Origin: Histomonas meleagridis 2922-C6/04-290x
Taxonomy: Eukaryota > Protista > Parabasalia
Assembly: GCA_020184695.1 (NCBI GenBank)
Contig: JAANOX010000256.1
Location: 186,001 to 250,000, forward strand
Length of the DNA stretch: 64,000 nt
Direction: 5' to 3'
Part shown: piece after piece, positions 35,597 to 48,015 of the stretch
Numbering within the stretch: position 1 is the stretch's first letter
How the letters are laid out: every line of letters starts with the position of its first letter
The notes under the pieces: generated by a model
Told to the model about the DNA's origin: nothing
Database searches by the model: none
What the model saw: the letters and a program-made list of their open reading frames with translations, nothing else
Translations under genes and position numbers: made by a program

Positions 35597-37480
35597 TTAA
35601 ATTTGTGCAATAAATTTTTCTTCTTGAAAATCTTCGGCAAATGGATCTTCTTCAATATTTATGTTACTTATTCCTGTTGTAAATGTATTCGTCGTTTCGT
35701 TTTCATTTTCTTCTGATTTATCATTTTCATAAATTTCTTCTTTTTTATTTCGAATATGTGTCAATAATATAATTAATAATATGATAATGACTATTACTAT
35801 AACAATTACACAAACAGAAATGATGATAATTGTTGTTTTATTGTCGTTATTTTGATTATTATTATCATTATTATCAGTGTAAAACATTGTAAAGAAATTG
35901 GAATAATAATTATAATAAGTCGAATATATAACAATCGTATAACTGTAATAAATAAATTCTGTTTCAATATATGAAAATGTCGAATTATTGATATATAATG
36001 AAAATGTTTTCGTTTTTGTTTCATAAATAGTTAATGAATGTGTAATTGATAATGTAATTGTTAATGTATATGAAAATGATAATGATAATGAAATATCACT
36101 TTGAAGTGATGCTGTAAATGTATTCGATTGACTAAATGAATATAATGCTGAGATTGAAATTGAATCTGAATGTGCATATGAATTTGATCTTGTAAATGTA
36201 TTCGATTGACTAAATGAATGTGTTGGAATTGGATTGCAGGTTCCTTCTGCGTTTTCTTTGGCAACATCTAAATTTCCAAATTTACTTCCTTTATATGTTG
36301 GATATGTGATAACACTTGTTGAAACATTATAAAATGCATTTTCACCAATTTTTGGTTCTTTGTCTCCATAATAATAAATGCATTGAAGTTGATAACAATT
36401 ACCAAATGCTGAACCTCCAATATCTCTGATTCCATATCCAAGTATTAATAATGTTAAATTAGAACAGAATGAAAACGCTCCACCGCCAATTGTTGTAACT
36501 GAATTTGGAATTGTAATGTTTATGATTGATGAACACAATGAAAATGCACTACCGCCAATTGTTGTAACATTTCCTCCAAATATAATCGTTTCTAATTGTG
36601 AACATAACGAAAACACATAACTTTCAATATCTGATACTGAGTTACCAAAATCAACTGAAACAACTGAATGCCATGCTGAAAATGAACCACTTGGAATTTC
36701 ATATATATTTTCACTGATAATTATAAATTTTGTTATGTTTTGATATTGGCTAATTTCATTAAAATCATTTGAATTCATGATTGAAAGTGTTGAAGTATTT
36801 TCATAAAATATTTCATAAGAGTTCATGAAAAACATAAAAAAAATATAAACAAAAATATTTTCAATTTTTTTCTTATCTTTTACTTTCAATATATATTTGG
36901 TCGTTAATATTTTCTGAACTGAGATTGTGTTTTTCTGATAAAATTTGATATAAATAACCGGAAATGTAATTGAAAAAATGATGGTTAAATGAAGTAAAAC
37001 ATTCAAAATGTTTGGTCCTTCTTCGTTGTCGTTTCGCATCATCAAAAAATGTGAAAATTCACGCTTTATAGGATATATATCTTCATAAGATTTGTTATAT
37101 GATTTATCAGATATACCATTTTTGACAAATGTATCAATTTCAAAGCCTATTTTCAAAATGTTTGAAAAATATGTTCTTTGAAATTTTTGTTTGTTATTAA
37201 AATCATGATGTACAATTGCTGTAGATTCATTATTTGGTATCAAATTTAAAAATAATTTGTTTATCAAAACTTTATAATTATTGTTAAATCTTTTGAATTT
37301 TTTGATCATAATTTCATTGATTGGAACTTCTCCATCACATTGGTAAGTCAATCCTTCCCTGCTTTTATCTTTTTGTATTTGTAATATTTCTTTATGAATG
37401 ATATAAGGTGTAATAAGCTTTGTATCGGTTATTAATCGTTTTGTCATGATCAAAATGATGGACAAAATGAAGGTTCTCAT
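35597..37480 (-). CDS. BspA-like LRR surface protein with Ser/Thr stalk, TM and EEDPF tail; long N-terminal open extension
   Basis: TpLRR repeats (IPNSVTTIGGGAFSFCSNL), SQSNTFT stalk, TM, tail EEDPFAEDFQEEKFIAQI. Alternative start at ATG 36835 (MFFMNSY). Confidence 0.88.
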   Translation of the reverse strand: MRTFILSIILIMTKRLITDTKLITPYIIHKEILQIQKDKSREGLTYQCDGEVPINEIMIKKFKRFNNNYKVLINKLFLNLIPNNESTAIVHHDFNNKQKFQRTYFSNILKIGFEIDTFVKNGISDKSYNKSYEDIYPIKREFSHFLMMRNDNEEGPNILNVLLHLTIIFSITFPVIYIKFYQKNTISVQKILTTKYILKVKDKKKIENIFVYIFFMFFMNSYEIFYENTSTLSIMNSNDFNEISQYQNITKFIIISENIYEIPSGSFSAWHSVVSVDFGNSVSDIESYVFSLCSQLETIIFGGNVTTIGGSAFSLCSSIINITIPNSVTTIGGGAFSFCSNLTLLILGYGIRDIGGSAFGNCYQLQCIYYYGDKEPKIGENAFYNVSTSVITYPTYKGSKFGNLDVAKENAEGTCNPIPTHSFSQSNTFTRSNSYAHSDSISISALYSFSQSNTFTASLQSDISLSLSFSYTLTITLSITHSLTIYETKTKTFSLYINNSTFSYIETEFIYYSYTIVIYSTYYNYYSNFFTMFYTDNNDNNNQNNDNKTTIIIISVCVIVIVIVIIILLIILLTHIRNKKEEIYENDKSEENENETTNTFTTGISNINIEEDPFAEDFQEEKFIAQI

Positions 37481-38017
37481 GTTTCAGCTTGTAATATACT
37501 TATAGACCTTCACCAAATATACATCGGCTATCTCAAAAGTTTAAAATCTCACGGTTAAACATTAAAAAACCTGTCGTTTAATTGTGGTCTTTTAAGTCAA
37601 TTTTGAAACATTTGAATTAATATTTTAAAATGCCAATCGAAGAAACAACTATAACACATTATATTTTCACTTTTAAATAACACAATGAATATATGTTATA
37701 GAACGGAATTTAAGCTTTAATTTGATGTGCCGTTCATTGATTTAAAATGTTTTCATCATCATAAAATTTAATTTTTTTTTTTTTTTTGAAACATTGGAAA
37801 TTCTTCTATAATATGATTTTAATTTTCTTGTTTTATTCTAAATTAACATAACATGAGAAGCACTTTATGTACAAAATCATTTTTAGTGTATCTTTAATTT
37901 AAAAAATATTTTTTGCTTTTATAAATAATGAATTCAAGTAAAGTTTGTCCCATTTCATTCAGAAAAGTGCAAACATTAATGTAAATGTAATCATGATTCA
38001 AAATCATTGATCATTGA

Positions 38018-39443
38018 TCAACAAAAGTTATTGAGCCTTCCAATTTGGTTTACTATATTACCAAATATAACTGTTCTTAAACATAGACAAATATAAAATG
38101 CATCATCTTCAATTGTTGTTACATTATTACCAATGATTACATTAATTAAACTTTCATTTATGTAAGAAGTTAAGCTTTTCATCGATACAAATGGCGAAAG
38201 AATTGTTAAATTTTTCATATTTATACATGAATCAAATACTTTTTCCCTAACTATATTAACATTCATTCCTATAGTAATTACTTCTAAAGATGAACATGAT
38301 GCAAATGTTCCTTCAGCAATTATTTCTAATTTGTTTCCAATAATAACTGTTTTTAATGAGGGACAAGATTGAAATGCTGATTTCCCAATAGCTTTGATGC
38401 TATTTCCAATAATAATTTCATTTAAGGATGTACATGAATAAAATGCATAATCACCAAGTGAAGTAACTGAATCTGGAAGGTTAATATTTACCAAATTTTT
38501 GCATAAATAAAATGCAGATTCACCAATTGTTTCTAAATTGTTTCCAATAATAATAGTTTCTAAAAATGAACATAAGCGAAATACGGAATTACATATTACA
38601 TTGAAGTAACTGAATCAGTTATATTTGTTAAATTTGTACAAGAGTTAAAGGCAAAATTACAAATTGTTTCTGTATTGTTTCCAATAATAATTTTACGTAA
38701 AGATGAACATGCTGAAAATACCCCAACATCAATTATAACAACAGAATCTGAAATAATAATGCTTTCCAAACTCTTACAACCATAAAATGCATATTGTTCA
38801 ATTATTTTAACATTATTTCCAATAATAACTGACTTTAATAATTTAAATGAACTAAATGCATTGATGTTAATTTTTGTTACATTATCCAATGATAACGTTA
38901 ACAAGATTATCTTTTAACGGTAATACAATTTTGGTTATGGATACATTTGGATTGAGAATTGTTATATTTACTATGTTTACACAATCTGAAAATATTCTAT
39001 CACCAACATTTTTAACATTATATCATAATTTCTTTCAACGATGAACATGATTCAAATGCATAATCACTAATTGAAGTAACTGAATCTGGAAAAATAATAT
39101 TTGTCAAATTTGAACATTGCTGTAAAGCATACCTTCCTATTGTTTTCAAATTACTTCCAAGTTTTATTGTTTTCAAATATTTAAATGAAGAAAATGTATA
39201 ATCAACAATTGATTTAATATTATCACCAAGGACAACATTGACTAAATTATCTTTGTATGGTTTTATAAAATCAATTACAGACATATTTGAACTAAGAATT
39301 GTCATATTAATTAAACTTGTGCATAAAGAGAAAGCATTCGAACCAATTGATGTAACTGAAATTCCTGATTCAGGAATTATTATACTCTTAAGATTTCCAA
39401 TATTGGAATGAGAAAGTTTTGATAAAAATTTGATCCCTTTCAA
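38018..39443 (-). pseudogene. Degenerate multi-LRR BspA gene
   Basis: Three LRR-coding fragments (39018-39443, 38596-38904, 38018-38494) joined by multi-base deletions and stops (e.g. ATT GGA T AAT for IGDN); no stalk or TM follows. Confidence 0.8.
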
Positions 39444-39686
39444 AAAACATTATTAATGTTAATTTCGGAATTAGTGAAAAAAGATTTTATACAACATTAA
39501 CATTATTTTCTTTATTTATCTTCTTTATATATAGGAGAGGACCACTTTGACTCAATCCAATGAGCTTTCATTGATGATTTTTTCTTTTGAGATAATACAA
39601 ATAATCAAAGTACTCATAAAGTCTTTCATTATTACATAGAGTTTCAACACAAAAATTTTCCAAAAAAATTGAAATTCATTTTTTAC

Positions 39687-42600
39687 TTATCTTAATCTCC
39701 TCAACAACGACCTTATTTCTATTTGTGCAACATGTAACTTATTTTCAGCTTCTCTTAATCTTTCTAACTCTTTTCTTCTTATTGCTTCTTTATTTTGTTC
39801 TATGTACCAGTCATATCTATTTATTGCATTTACCACTGTATTAAATAATAAGTCATCGAGTCCTCCATTTTGACTATCACCAGTTAACATTTTTTCGCAA
39901 TTATAATAAACGAAAGTTGTATTATCCATTATATCTAATACGTAATTTACGTCTTGGTGTTCTGGGAATGGAAAATATTTTTGATGTTCTGGGAATTTTT
40001 TAATGAGGTCAATAAATGGATAAATTCTTGAATGTAAACCATAAGGACCATTTGAATATGCCACATAAAAATTACAATAATGAATCCAACGTGTTTGCAC
40101 ACAAAACTCAAAGTATTCACCAGATTCAGTAGAGAATTGTAATCTATCTTCAATTCGTTTTGATGTATATTCTTTTCCTTTAATTTTGATTTTTGTTCCG
40201 TCTTTAATTGGATCGAAATATTTCTCTTCCATGTACTTCTTTCTTTCTAATGACATTTGTCGAAATTCTTCTCGACGAATTTCTTGTTCTTTTTTACGAA
40301 CTTCCATATTTTTATCAATTTCTTTAAAGAGTTCACTACGTATTGAGTTTACAATGGTTTCGTTAATTCCAGAATATTGAGTAAATTCTTCACTTATTAA
40401 AGTTCTTTGTGATATAATTTTTGAAGTTACTTTACTATGAAGACTTTGAAGGATTTTAAGTAATTCTGCATGTGTTTTAGTTAAATAATCTTTCATTACT
40501 TCAACATTTTGTGTCATAACTTTTGATAATTGACCGAATTTTTTAATTGCTGAATTACACATTTTAATTGGAAATACATAATTTGAAATGTAATGGAATA
40601 TGGATTTAAGATAATTTTTACAATCATAAAATTCATCTGGTAAGAATAATTCTTGTAATATTGTTGATATTGGAAATATTTCTTCCAAATCAAAATTAAT
40701 ATTTGTTAATTTTTCTTCTTCATCAAAACTAAATGGATCATCACGTTTTGGTATAACTTTATATTTGTCCTCAACTTCTTTAACTGCTTCTAATAATTTT
40801 TCATAATAAATTGGTGAAAGATTAACAAATAAACATGGAAAAGTTAATGGTGTTATAAACCAATTAGATGATGAGAATTGTAAAATATCTTTCTTTTGTG
40901 TAATATATCTTAAAACATCAAGTGTTTCTTCAGTAATTGAACGTTTTGCTTGTTCTTGTGCAAACTTTGTCATTACTGTTTGGAAAAATTGTTCACTAAT
41001 TGGTTTAATTTGTGGGTATACTTTATCTGGTTTTTCTGGATATAAAATTAATGGATTAGAACATGCAATATGAATTGTTCCTGTTTGACTAATTGCAAAT
41101 TCAGATTCTATATCATTCATATTCCTTAAACAATAACATGATTTTGGTACTAATGATTTAAATCGTTTAAATGTTCTTAAATCAGTTGAAAACTTCTTTT
41201 CGATTTCTTTGTCTCCATGAATATAATCACAATCAAATATTGGCTCTAATGGCATATTCCTAATATTTTCATCTTTAGAAAATACATATGTTGTTGGAAC
41301 AATTTCATTAAATGGAATTCTTCCTGTCTTTTCCCAAACTTTAGTGATGATTTTAATACATCTATTTCGAATTCCTTCAATTGCTGAATAATTATTCCAT
41401 AATCCTTCAATTATTTTAAGTGAAATTAAAGGCTTTGTTTCAACATAAGATTCAGCTTCTTCTATTATTTTAATTTGTTCTTTATTAGAAGAAAGAATTT
41501 CATTTTCTTTTGCAATTTGAATAAGTTTTTGTGATTCTTCTAATCCTCCACCAAGAATAATATCTAACATAATAAAATCAGAAATAAAATATGATAATGC
41601 AAATGTAAGTAATTGTTTTGGAGTAATATCTCCTAAAAGTGTTGTAACTTTTGGTGGTGGTTCTTTAATTGCATTAATAGTCATTATAGCTCTGTTAAAA
41701 ACAATTGAAAATCTTTCTTTAACTCCTTCTTTAATTTCATTTTTAATAGATCCAAAGAAATCTTCAATTTCTTTAAGATATTTTTGGTAATCACTTTCTA
41801 ATTTAGATGCTTCAATAATACCAACAATGAGAGATAAAAGCTTAATATAATTAGCATCAGGTTCTTTTGAATCTTCTTTCATTGTATTATAAAACTCTTT
41901 GACCTCTTTTAATGATCTTTCTATGTCTCCTTTAAATACTTCACTTGGTTTTACTTGTGTTTTATAAACAATTTTATCAAATTTATATGGAGCAGGTTTC
42001 TTGACTGCATTTAATTTTTGTCGCATTTTATCCGCTTCTTCTTTCGAAAGGATATCCATGATTTTAATGTAATCTTCGCATTCAAGATAATACGCTCCAT
42101 TTGCTGATGCTTTTTGTAATGAAGTTTCAAATTCTTTAGAAATAGTTTTATTTTTTTCATCAAATGCTATATCTAATGCTTTTTTGTATTTTTCTTTCGC
42201 TTCGTCAAGTGATCCTTCTTCAATATCACCAGTTGCATAAGCACGTTGAAGTATTAATTCTTCTTCTTTTCGATAATTTCGAGTTATTTGGATAAGTGAA
42301 CAAGAATTAGGTTCTTGTTCTGGTTTATTTGCTCCATAATGTGAATCTTTATATTTATTTACAATCATAGTATAATATGATTGTTTTTGTTTTTCAATAT
42401 TTTTAGCTATCAAATCATTAACTTTTGGTGTTTGTGTTGTATCTGCTTCACGTCCATTGATCATGAAATGTTTTCGACTTTCAATAACTTTATTATAACG
42501 AGCTACTTCCCAATCTTCATAATCAACAGGAGCTACTTTAGATATTTCTTGTGGAGTTTTACCTGATTCTAATTTGAGTTGTTTTTCGTATTGTGCATCT

Positions 42601-43010
42601 CCTTGTTTTTGACGAAGTGTTTCTCTATATTGTTCTTGGTTTTCATAAATTTCTTTGATCTTAAGGAATACTTCATCAGTAGATTGACTTTCATCCAAGT
42701 GAATATCAGGTGAGAAAACATTAACTTTAGCAAGTTGTGCTTCAATCTTTTTAATTTCTTTTTCGAAATTATCTAGAGTTCCAGTATTGATGATTTTCTC
42801 AATCTGAGAACGCTTAATAGCATTAAACGCATTGTTGATCTGTGCTGGTCTTGGACCAGTTGATTGATCAGCTTCTTGTTTTGCTTTTGGAGCAGGTTTC
42901 GCAGGTCTTCCTTTTGGATGTTCTGGTTTTGGCTTGGGCTCAGGCTTAGGTTTTGGTGTTGCTTTTGCTACTTTTGGAGGCACTCTCTGCTTTTTGTTTG
43001 GCTCGCTCAT
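39687..43010 (-). CDS. Hypothetical ~1,107-aa helical/coiled-coil protein with Pro/Lys-rich N-terminus
   Basis: Long uninterrupted ORF; ATG 43010 preceded by Inr-like TCACATTTTT; no family recognised. Confidence 0.8.
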   Translation of the reverse strand: MSEPNKKQRVPPKVAKATPKPKPEPKPKPEHPKGRPAKPAPKAKQEADQSTGPRPAQINNAFNAIKRSQIEKIINTGTLDNFEKEIKKIEAQLAKVNVFSPDIHLDESQSTDEVFLKIKEIYENQEQYRETLRQKQGDAQYEKQLKLESGKTPQEISKVAPVDYEDWEVARYNKVIESRKHFMINGREADTTQTPKVNDLIAKNIEKQKQSYYTMIVNKYKDSHYGANKPEQEPNSCSLIQITRNYRKEEELILQRAYATGDIEEGSLDEAKEKYKKALDIAFDEKNKTISKEFETSLQKASANGAYYLECEDYIKIMDILSKEEADKMRQKLNAVKKPAPYKFDKIVYKTQVKPSEVFKGDIERSLKEVKEFYNTMKEDSKEPDANYIKLLSLIVGIIEASKLESDYQKYLKEIEDFFGSIKNEIKEGVKERFSIVFNRAIMTINAIKEPPPKVTTLLGDITPKQLLTFALSYFISDFIMLDIILGGGLEESQKLIQIAKENEILSSNKEQIKIIEEAESYVETKPLISLKIIEGLWNNYSAIEGIRNRCIKIITKVWEKTGRIPFNEIVPTTYVFSKDENIRNMPLEPIFDCDYIHGDKEIEKKFSTDLRTFKRFKSLVPKSCYCLRNMNDIESEFAISQTGTIHIACSNPLILYPEKPDKVYPQIKPISEQFFQTVMTKFAQEQAKRSITEETLDVLRYITQKKDILQFSSSNWFITPLTFPCLFVNLSPIYYEKLLEAVKEVEDKYKVIPKRDDPFSFDEEEKLTNINFDLEEIFPISTILQELFLPDEFYDCKNYLKSIFHYISNYVFPIKMCNSAIKKFGQLSKVMTQNVEVMKDYLTKTHAELLKILQSLHSKVTSKIISQRTLISEEFTQYSGINETIVNSIRSELFKEIDKNMEVRKKEQEIRREEFRQMSLERKKYMEEKYFDPIKDGTKIKIKGKEYTSKRIEDRLQFSTESGEYFEFCVQTRWIHYCNFYVAYSNGPYGLHSRIYPFIDLIKKFPEHQKYFPFPEHQDVNYVLDIMDNTTFVYYNCEKMLTGDSQNGGLDDLLFNTVVNAINRYDWYIEQNKEAIRRKELERLREAENKLHVAQIEIRSLLRRLR

Positions 43011-43948
43011 TAAAAAATGTGATGCGCTGTAAAAAACAATCAAATTTTCTGCACTCAAATAACTCGGCAATTGAATGCTTTGTTGGTTACCTAGTATTCA
43101 ATTTTTTTGGGTTCCCATACAGAACCTCATTTTTTTTGAATGAGAAACCGACGTTGTCAAGTTTGCTTGCATTGAAAAAAAGCTACGATGATGTTGCTGA
43201 TTGCATTTAGAAAATCATTTTTGATTTACAACAGTATTAATAAATTTGCTTTTTTACATTTGGGTATTGTTGCTTTAGTGAAAAATAAATTGAGTTTTTT
43301 ACATGAAGAAAATTTCAAGATATGACATTGGCGAAAATAAATAATAACATAATAATAACAAATTTAAATCTGATGTATTCAATTAAGATTCATACCTTGA
43401 TATCGAACATCAAAATGTGAAAATATAATATGTTTTGATATAACTTTGCATTTGATGTATAATTTAACAAATGTGATGTAATTTTTTGTATTGCTTTTGA
43501 TAATACATTAAATTTTTAAAGATTAGTACAAATTGTAACATGAAAAACAAATGATTGCCGTAATTGCTATCATAAGTTTCATATTTTATATTGATTCGAA
43601 GGTATCTTATTCATTTAATGATTTTCTAATTAAAAATAACGAATTTCAAAATTGACCTCTAACCGATTATGATTTATATCCACTTGCCAGAATTTGAATT
43701 AAAACTGTCAAAATTTTGAATTCAGAAAATAGTTGGTTCGGTCAAAACCTTAATATGATCATGTTGTTCGAAATCGATACATACATTATATCTTTTTTAT
43801 AATTTATATGATAAATGAATTACCCATATATTTTATTTAATTAGTGTATGTAAAAATTTGTCTAAAATCATATGCATCATGAAATAATTTTATTTTTTCA
43901 TTTTAACCTTCAAATTTTAACCGTCGAACTTGATCTCAATAATTTTTA

Positions 43949-45598
43949 ATGAAAGTCGCTTTTGGCTCTTATAATAACATACCAATCCAAAGACGCGATG
44001 TTGCTAATAATTACACAGGCACTGATTCAGTCGCACCATGTGCCGATGCATTGAATCAAGGCCAAACTTATCCATTAGTTAATCTACATGTTTCTGCTAA
44101 AAATTTAAAAGACATGGATGTCATTACAGTATCCGATCCAGTTTGCGCTCTTTACACATTCCGTAATGGAAAATGGGAAGAGTTTTCTCGAACAGAAGTT
44201 ATATGGAATAATTTAAATCCAGAGTGGGTCACATTCTTTACAGTCATGTATATATTCGAAATTCGTCAACCTCTTTTATTCCGTGTTTATGATGTTGATT
44301 CTGAAAATGCAGATCTTTCAAAGCAAGACTTTATTGGTGAAGCCCAAATTGAGCTATCACAAATCATTTCAGCGGAAGGCACCACTGAGCTTACTTTAAA
44401 GATTCCCAAATCGAATGAAAATCGCGGCACACTTTTTGTCACGCCTGAACAAGTCGAAAATTCCGGTGCTATAGTTCAAGGGCAAATCATTGGCAAAGAT
44501 CTTAAGAAGCAAAGCTTTTTCTTCCGTAATACCCCATTTTTTGTCATTGCCAAATCTTCTGAACAAGGTCGTTATCTTCCAATCTTTCAATCGGAAGTCT
44601 CCCGTCCCATGAGCTGGAAGCCATTTACCATTCCATACCAAGTCTTATGTAATGTTGATCCTGATCGTCCATTACGTATCTCGTTCTATAACCACAAATC
44701 TCATTCCGCCGCAGTTCTCATAGGTTATTTTGACACCACCTTTAGTCAACTTTCTGAGAAAGCCGGGCAAACAGTTCAAGTTATTGACAAAAACAGGAAA
44801 ATCGTTGGGAATGTCATCATTCGCCAAATCAGTCTCCAACAGAAGTTCAATTTCTATGACTATTTACATGGTGGCATTCAACTTAACCTTATCACAGCTA
44901 TTGATTTCACAGCATCTAATCGTGATCCACGTGATCCACATTCATTACATTACATATCACCTAACGGCGACAGCATTAATCAATATGAGCGCTGCATTCG
45001 CGGCGTTGGCGAAGTTTTATGTCCATATGACACTGACCAATTATTCCCAGTCTTAGGCTTCGGGGCAAAAATCGGCGGCCGTATTAACCATTGTTTCCCA
45101 TTAACATTTAATGACCAAGCGCCATGCGTCAGAGGCTTAGATGGCATCTTAGACGTATACCGTAACGCGCTCACGCAAGTACAGCTAAGCGGTCCGACGT
45201 TGTTTGCGCCCATCATTAGATACGCAAGCCAGCTGTCAGTGCAGTCGTTCCAGCAAGACAGGACATACACTATACTGACAATAATCACCGACGGTATCAT
45301 TAACGATATGGAGGACACGATCGACGCAATCGTCGACGCAGGAAGAATCCCGTTGTCGATCATCATTGTCGGTGTGGGTAACGCAGACTTCACAGCAATG
45401 GACGTACTCGACGCTGATGATACGCCACTCGTCTCAAGAAGCGGATTTAAGATGGTGAGGGACTTGGTGCAGTTCGTGCCGTTCAACAAGTTCGTAAATC
45501 AGCACTACTCCGTGCTGGCGGCGGCGGTCCTGGAGGAGGTACCGCGCCAGTTGTGCGAGTGGGCAGAGATGAACGGAGTACGTCCAAATGGTGCATGA
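43949..45598 (+). CDS. CPNE: Copine (C2-C2-vWA)
   Basis: DMDVITVSDP, WNNLNPEW, AIDFTASN, LSGPTLFAPII, ILTIITDGII, IIIVGVG, RDLVQFVPF, LEEVPRQL. Confidence 0.95.
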   Translation: MKVAFGSYNNIPIQRRDVANNYTGTDSVAPCADALNQGQTYPLVNLHVSAKNLKDMDVITVSDPVCALYTFRNGKWEEFSRTEVIWNNLNPEWVTFFTVMYIFEIRQPLLFRVYDVDSENADLSKQDFIGEAQIELSQIISAEGTTELTLKIPKSNENRGTLFVTPEQVENSGAIVQGQIIGKDLKKQSFFFRNTPFFVIAKSSEQGRYLPIFQSEVSRPMSWKPFTIPYQVLCNVDPDRPLRISFYNHKSHSAAVLIGYFDTTFSQLSEKAGQTVQVIDKNRKIVGNVIIRQISLQQKFNFYDYLHGGIQLNLITAIDFTASNRDPRDPHSLHYISPNGDSINQYERCIRGVGEVLCPYDTDQLFPVLGFGAKIGGRINHCFPLTFNDQAPCVRGLDGILDVYRNALTQVQLSGPTLFAPIIRYASQLSVQSFQQDRTYTILTIITDGIINDMEDTIDAIVDAGRIPLSIIIVGVGNADFTAMDVLDADDTPLVSRSGFKMVRDLVQFVPFNKFVNQHYSVLAAAVLEEVPRQLCEWAEMNGVRPNGA

Positions 45599-45791
45599 AT
45601 AGTTCTATAAACAAAACTTTTTGACGTTCCGTTTTGTTTTACTTGTTGTGTTATCGATTTGTTGTTCACAGAAATTCGTAAAACGACAATTCAAATTTCA
45701 CTCAATTTTTGAGACGGTTCAATTCGAATAATGCGTTCAAAATTTGGTGAATGTCCGGATTGAATGGTTTAAGTCGTTATGACGGTTCGTG

Positions 45792-45796
45792 CCTTT
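45792..45796 (+). promoter_or_regulatory. M5-like core promoter motif CCTTT
   Basis: 12 nt upstream of ATG 45809, where no Inr is evident. Confidence 0.4.
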
Positions 45797-45808
45797 GAAC
45801 GCAGTAAA

Positions 45809-47391
45809 ATGTTTTGCGCATTATTCTTTATTGGTGCATATCAGGAATATACTTTAATAAATGGCACTCTCGAAATAATTGGCGATAGTGTTATTGATGA
45901 TAATACGAAAGAAAAATCATTCCACATTTTCATCAATCGACTCGATATAATTTATAAAAATTTTGAATTCAGTTCTTATCCAAATCTCAAAACAGTTGAA
46001 ATTGGAAACGATGTTAGAGAAATTGGAGAACAAGTATTCAGTTATTGTTATAATTTGACAAAAGTTGTGATTGGAAATGGAGTTAATACAATTGGTGCAG
46101 AAGCATTTCGCAATTGTTCAAACTTGCGAACTGTTATTTTGGGAGAAAATGTTAAAACTATTGGAGAAAAAGCATTTCGTATGTGCTTCAGTTTAGATGA
46201 AATCATCATTCCTGATTCAACATCAGAAATTTCTGAACAAGCATTCAGTTATTGTCATAATTTGACAAAAGTTGTGATTGGAAATGGAGTTAATACAATT
46301 GGTGCAGAAGCATTTCGCAATTGTTCAAACTTGCGAACTGTTATTTCGGGAGAAAATGTTAAAACTATTGGAGAAAAAGCATTCAGTTATTGTACAAATT
46401 TGCATATTGCCATTATTGAAATAATATCACAGTCATCAATGAATATACATTTTATAACTGTGTAAACTTATCAACAATTATTATTGGAGAAAAAGTTATA
46501 GAAATTTGTTATCACGCATTTTATTATTGTGATAATTTAAAATGTATTTATTTTAAAGGTTATAAATCGCCAAATATAAGTGAGGAAGTATTTAGTAATG
46601 TACAACCAAAATATGTTCTGACATCAGAGTTATATCAAGATTCAACATTTGGTGTGTTTGAGGTGTTTAAAGGAAAATCAGTTGAAGAATGTACTCAATA
46701 TCTTTGGCAAACAAATTCGTTTTCTGATTCGAATACATTTACTAAATCTAAATCGTACACACAAAGTAATTCCTTCACTAGGTCGAATACATTTACTAAA
46801 TCTAAATCGTACACACAAAGTAATTCCTTCACTAGGTCGAATACATTTACTAAATCTGAAACATGTTCAAATACATTTTCTGAAATGATTCAAAGTTATA
46901 TCACATTATCATTGACAAATTCATTTACTTATTCATTAATGATTTCATATTCATTAACTCTCTATGAAACACAAACAAAAACATTTTCATTGTTAATTAA
47001 CAATTCAACAAATGTTTATATTGAAACAAAATTTATATATTATGAATACACAGCAATTATTTATTCAACTTATTACAAATATTATTGGAATTACTTAACT
47101 TACATAAATATACATGAAATGCAAACAAGAGATAATAAAATCACAACAGAAACAATTATTATTATCGTTTGTGTTATTGTTATATTTATCATTATAATCA
47201 CATTAGTTATTATATTATTAATTCATATTCGAAACAAAAAATCAGAAGTTAATGAAAATGAAACTTCAGATATAAATGAAACTAATGATATTTCAATGAA
47301 TAACGTTTTAAGCTTAACAAACGTTGAAGAAGATCCATTTGCTGTTGATTTTAAAGAAAATGAATTCGACAAATTTGTCGGATATATATAA
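45809..47391 (+). CDS. BspA-like LRR surface protein (one gene; 1-nt deletion in the A-run at 46419-46421)
   Basis: Adding one A gives ...IIENNITVINEYTFYNCVNL... continuous into the 46654-47391 ORF (527 aa): signal, LRRs, SNTFTKS stalk, TM, EEDPFAVDF tail. Confidence 0.85.
46036..46383 (+). repeat. LRR-pair duplication (46036-46176 and 46243-46383, 207-nt period)
   Basis: Near-identical 141-nt blocks three 23-aa LRR units apart. Confidence 0.88.
46729..46857 (+). repeat. 54-nt tandem repeat in the stalk (SNTFTKSKSYTQSNSFTR), ~2.4 copies
   Basis: TCGAATACATTTACTAAATCT at 46729, 46783 and 46837. Confidence 0.92.
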
Positions 47392-48015
47392 GTTTAGTAT
47401 TACAAATTGATGCTTTGAATAAATAAGAATTTAGTTTTAATTTTTATAGAATTAATATTAAATCCAAAGTTTTTTTGAGAGATTATATACATTTTTAAAG
47501 AAATAATATTTTTGAAGTTGGATTTACTATGACAAAGTTATTAATGATACAAAATAAAAAAATATTTTATATGATTCTAATTTTATAAATTTATATGTAT
47601 TGTCATATTAAATTATCCATAAAATTAATTTTTAATGATATTACACCTATTATATATTGATAAAGTTATACTAATAAGATGTTATACAAAAAATGTAAAT
47701 ATAAGATATATATCCTTTTAATCTTAAGATAAATATATCAGTAATTTAAACAATTGCCATTTTTTCGAAATTAGAACAATCTTATCCATCATAGATATAA
47801 AAATCCTTGTTTAGAAGCAATTTAACTATTTCATTGTTAATTAATAACATGTTATCAAACACCAGCCCATTTCAAAGAAACTGCTGTCAGACGGTTAATT
47901 CTAGTATTCAATTTATGTTCACCGATTTCTTCACCGTAATGTACAAATGTTGGCAGGAAATCAAACCAAAGAAAAAACAACAATCCCGAAGCCTCAAAAT
48001 GAATTGGGAATATTA

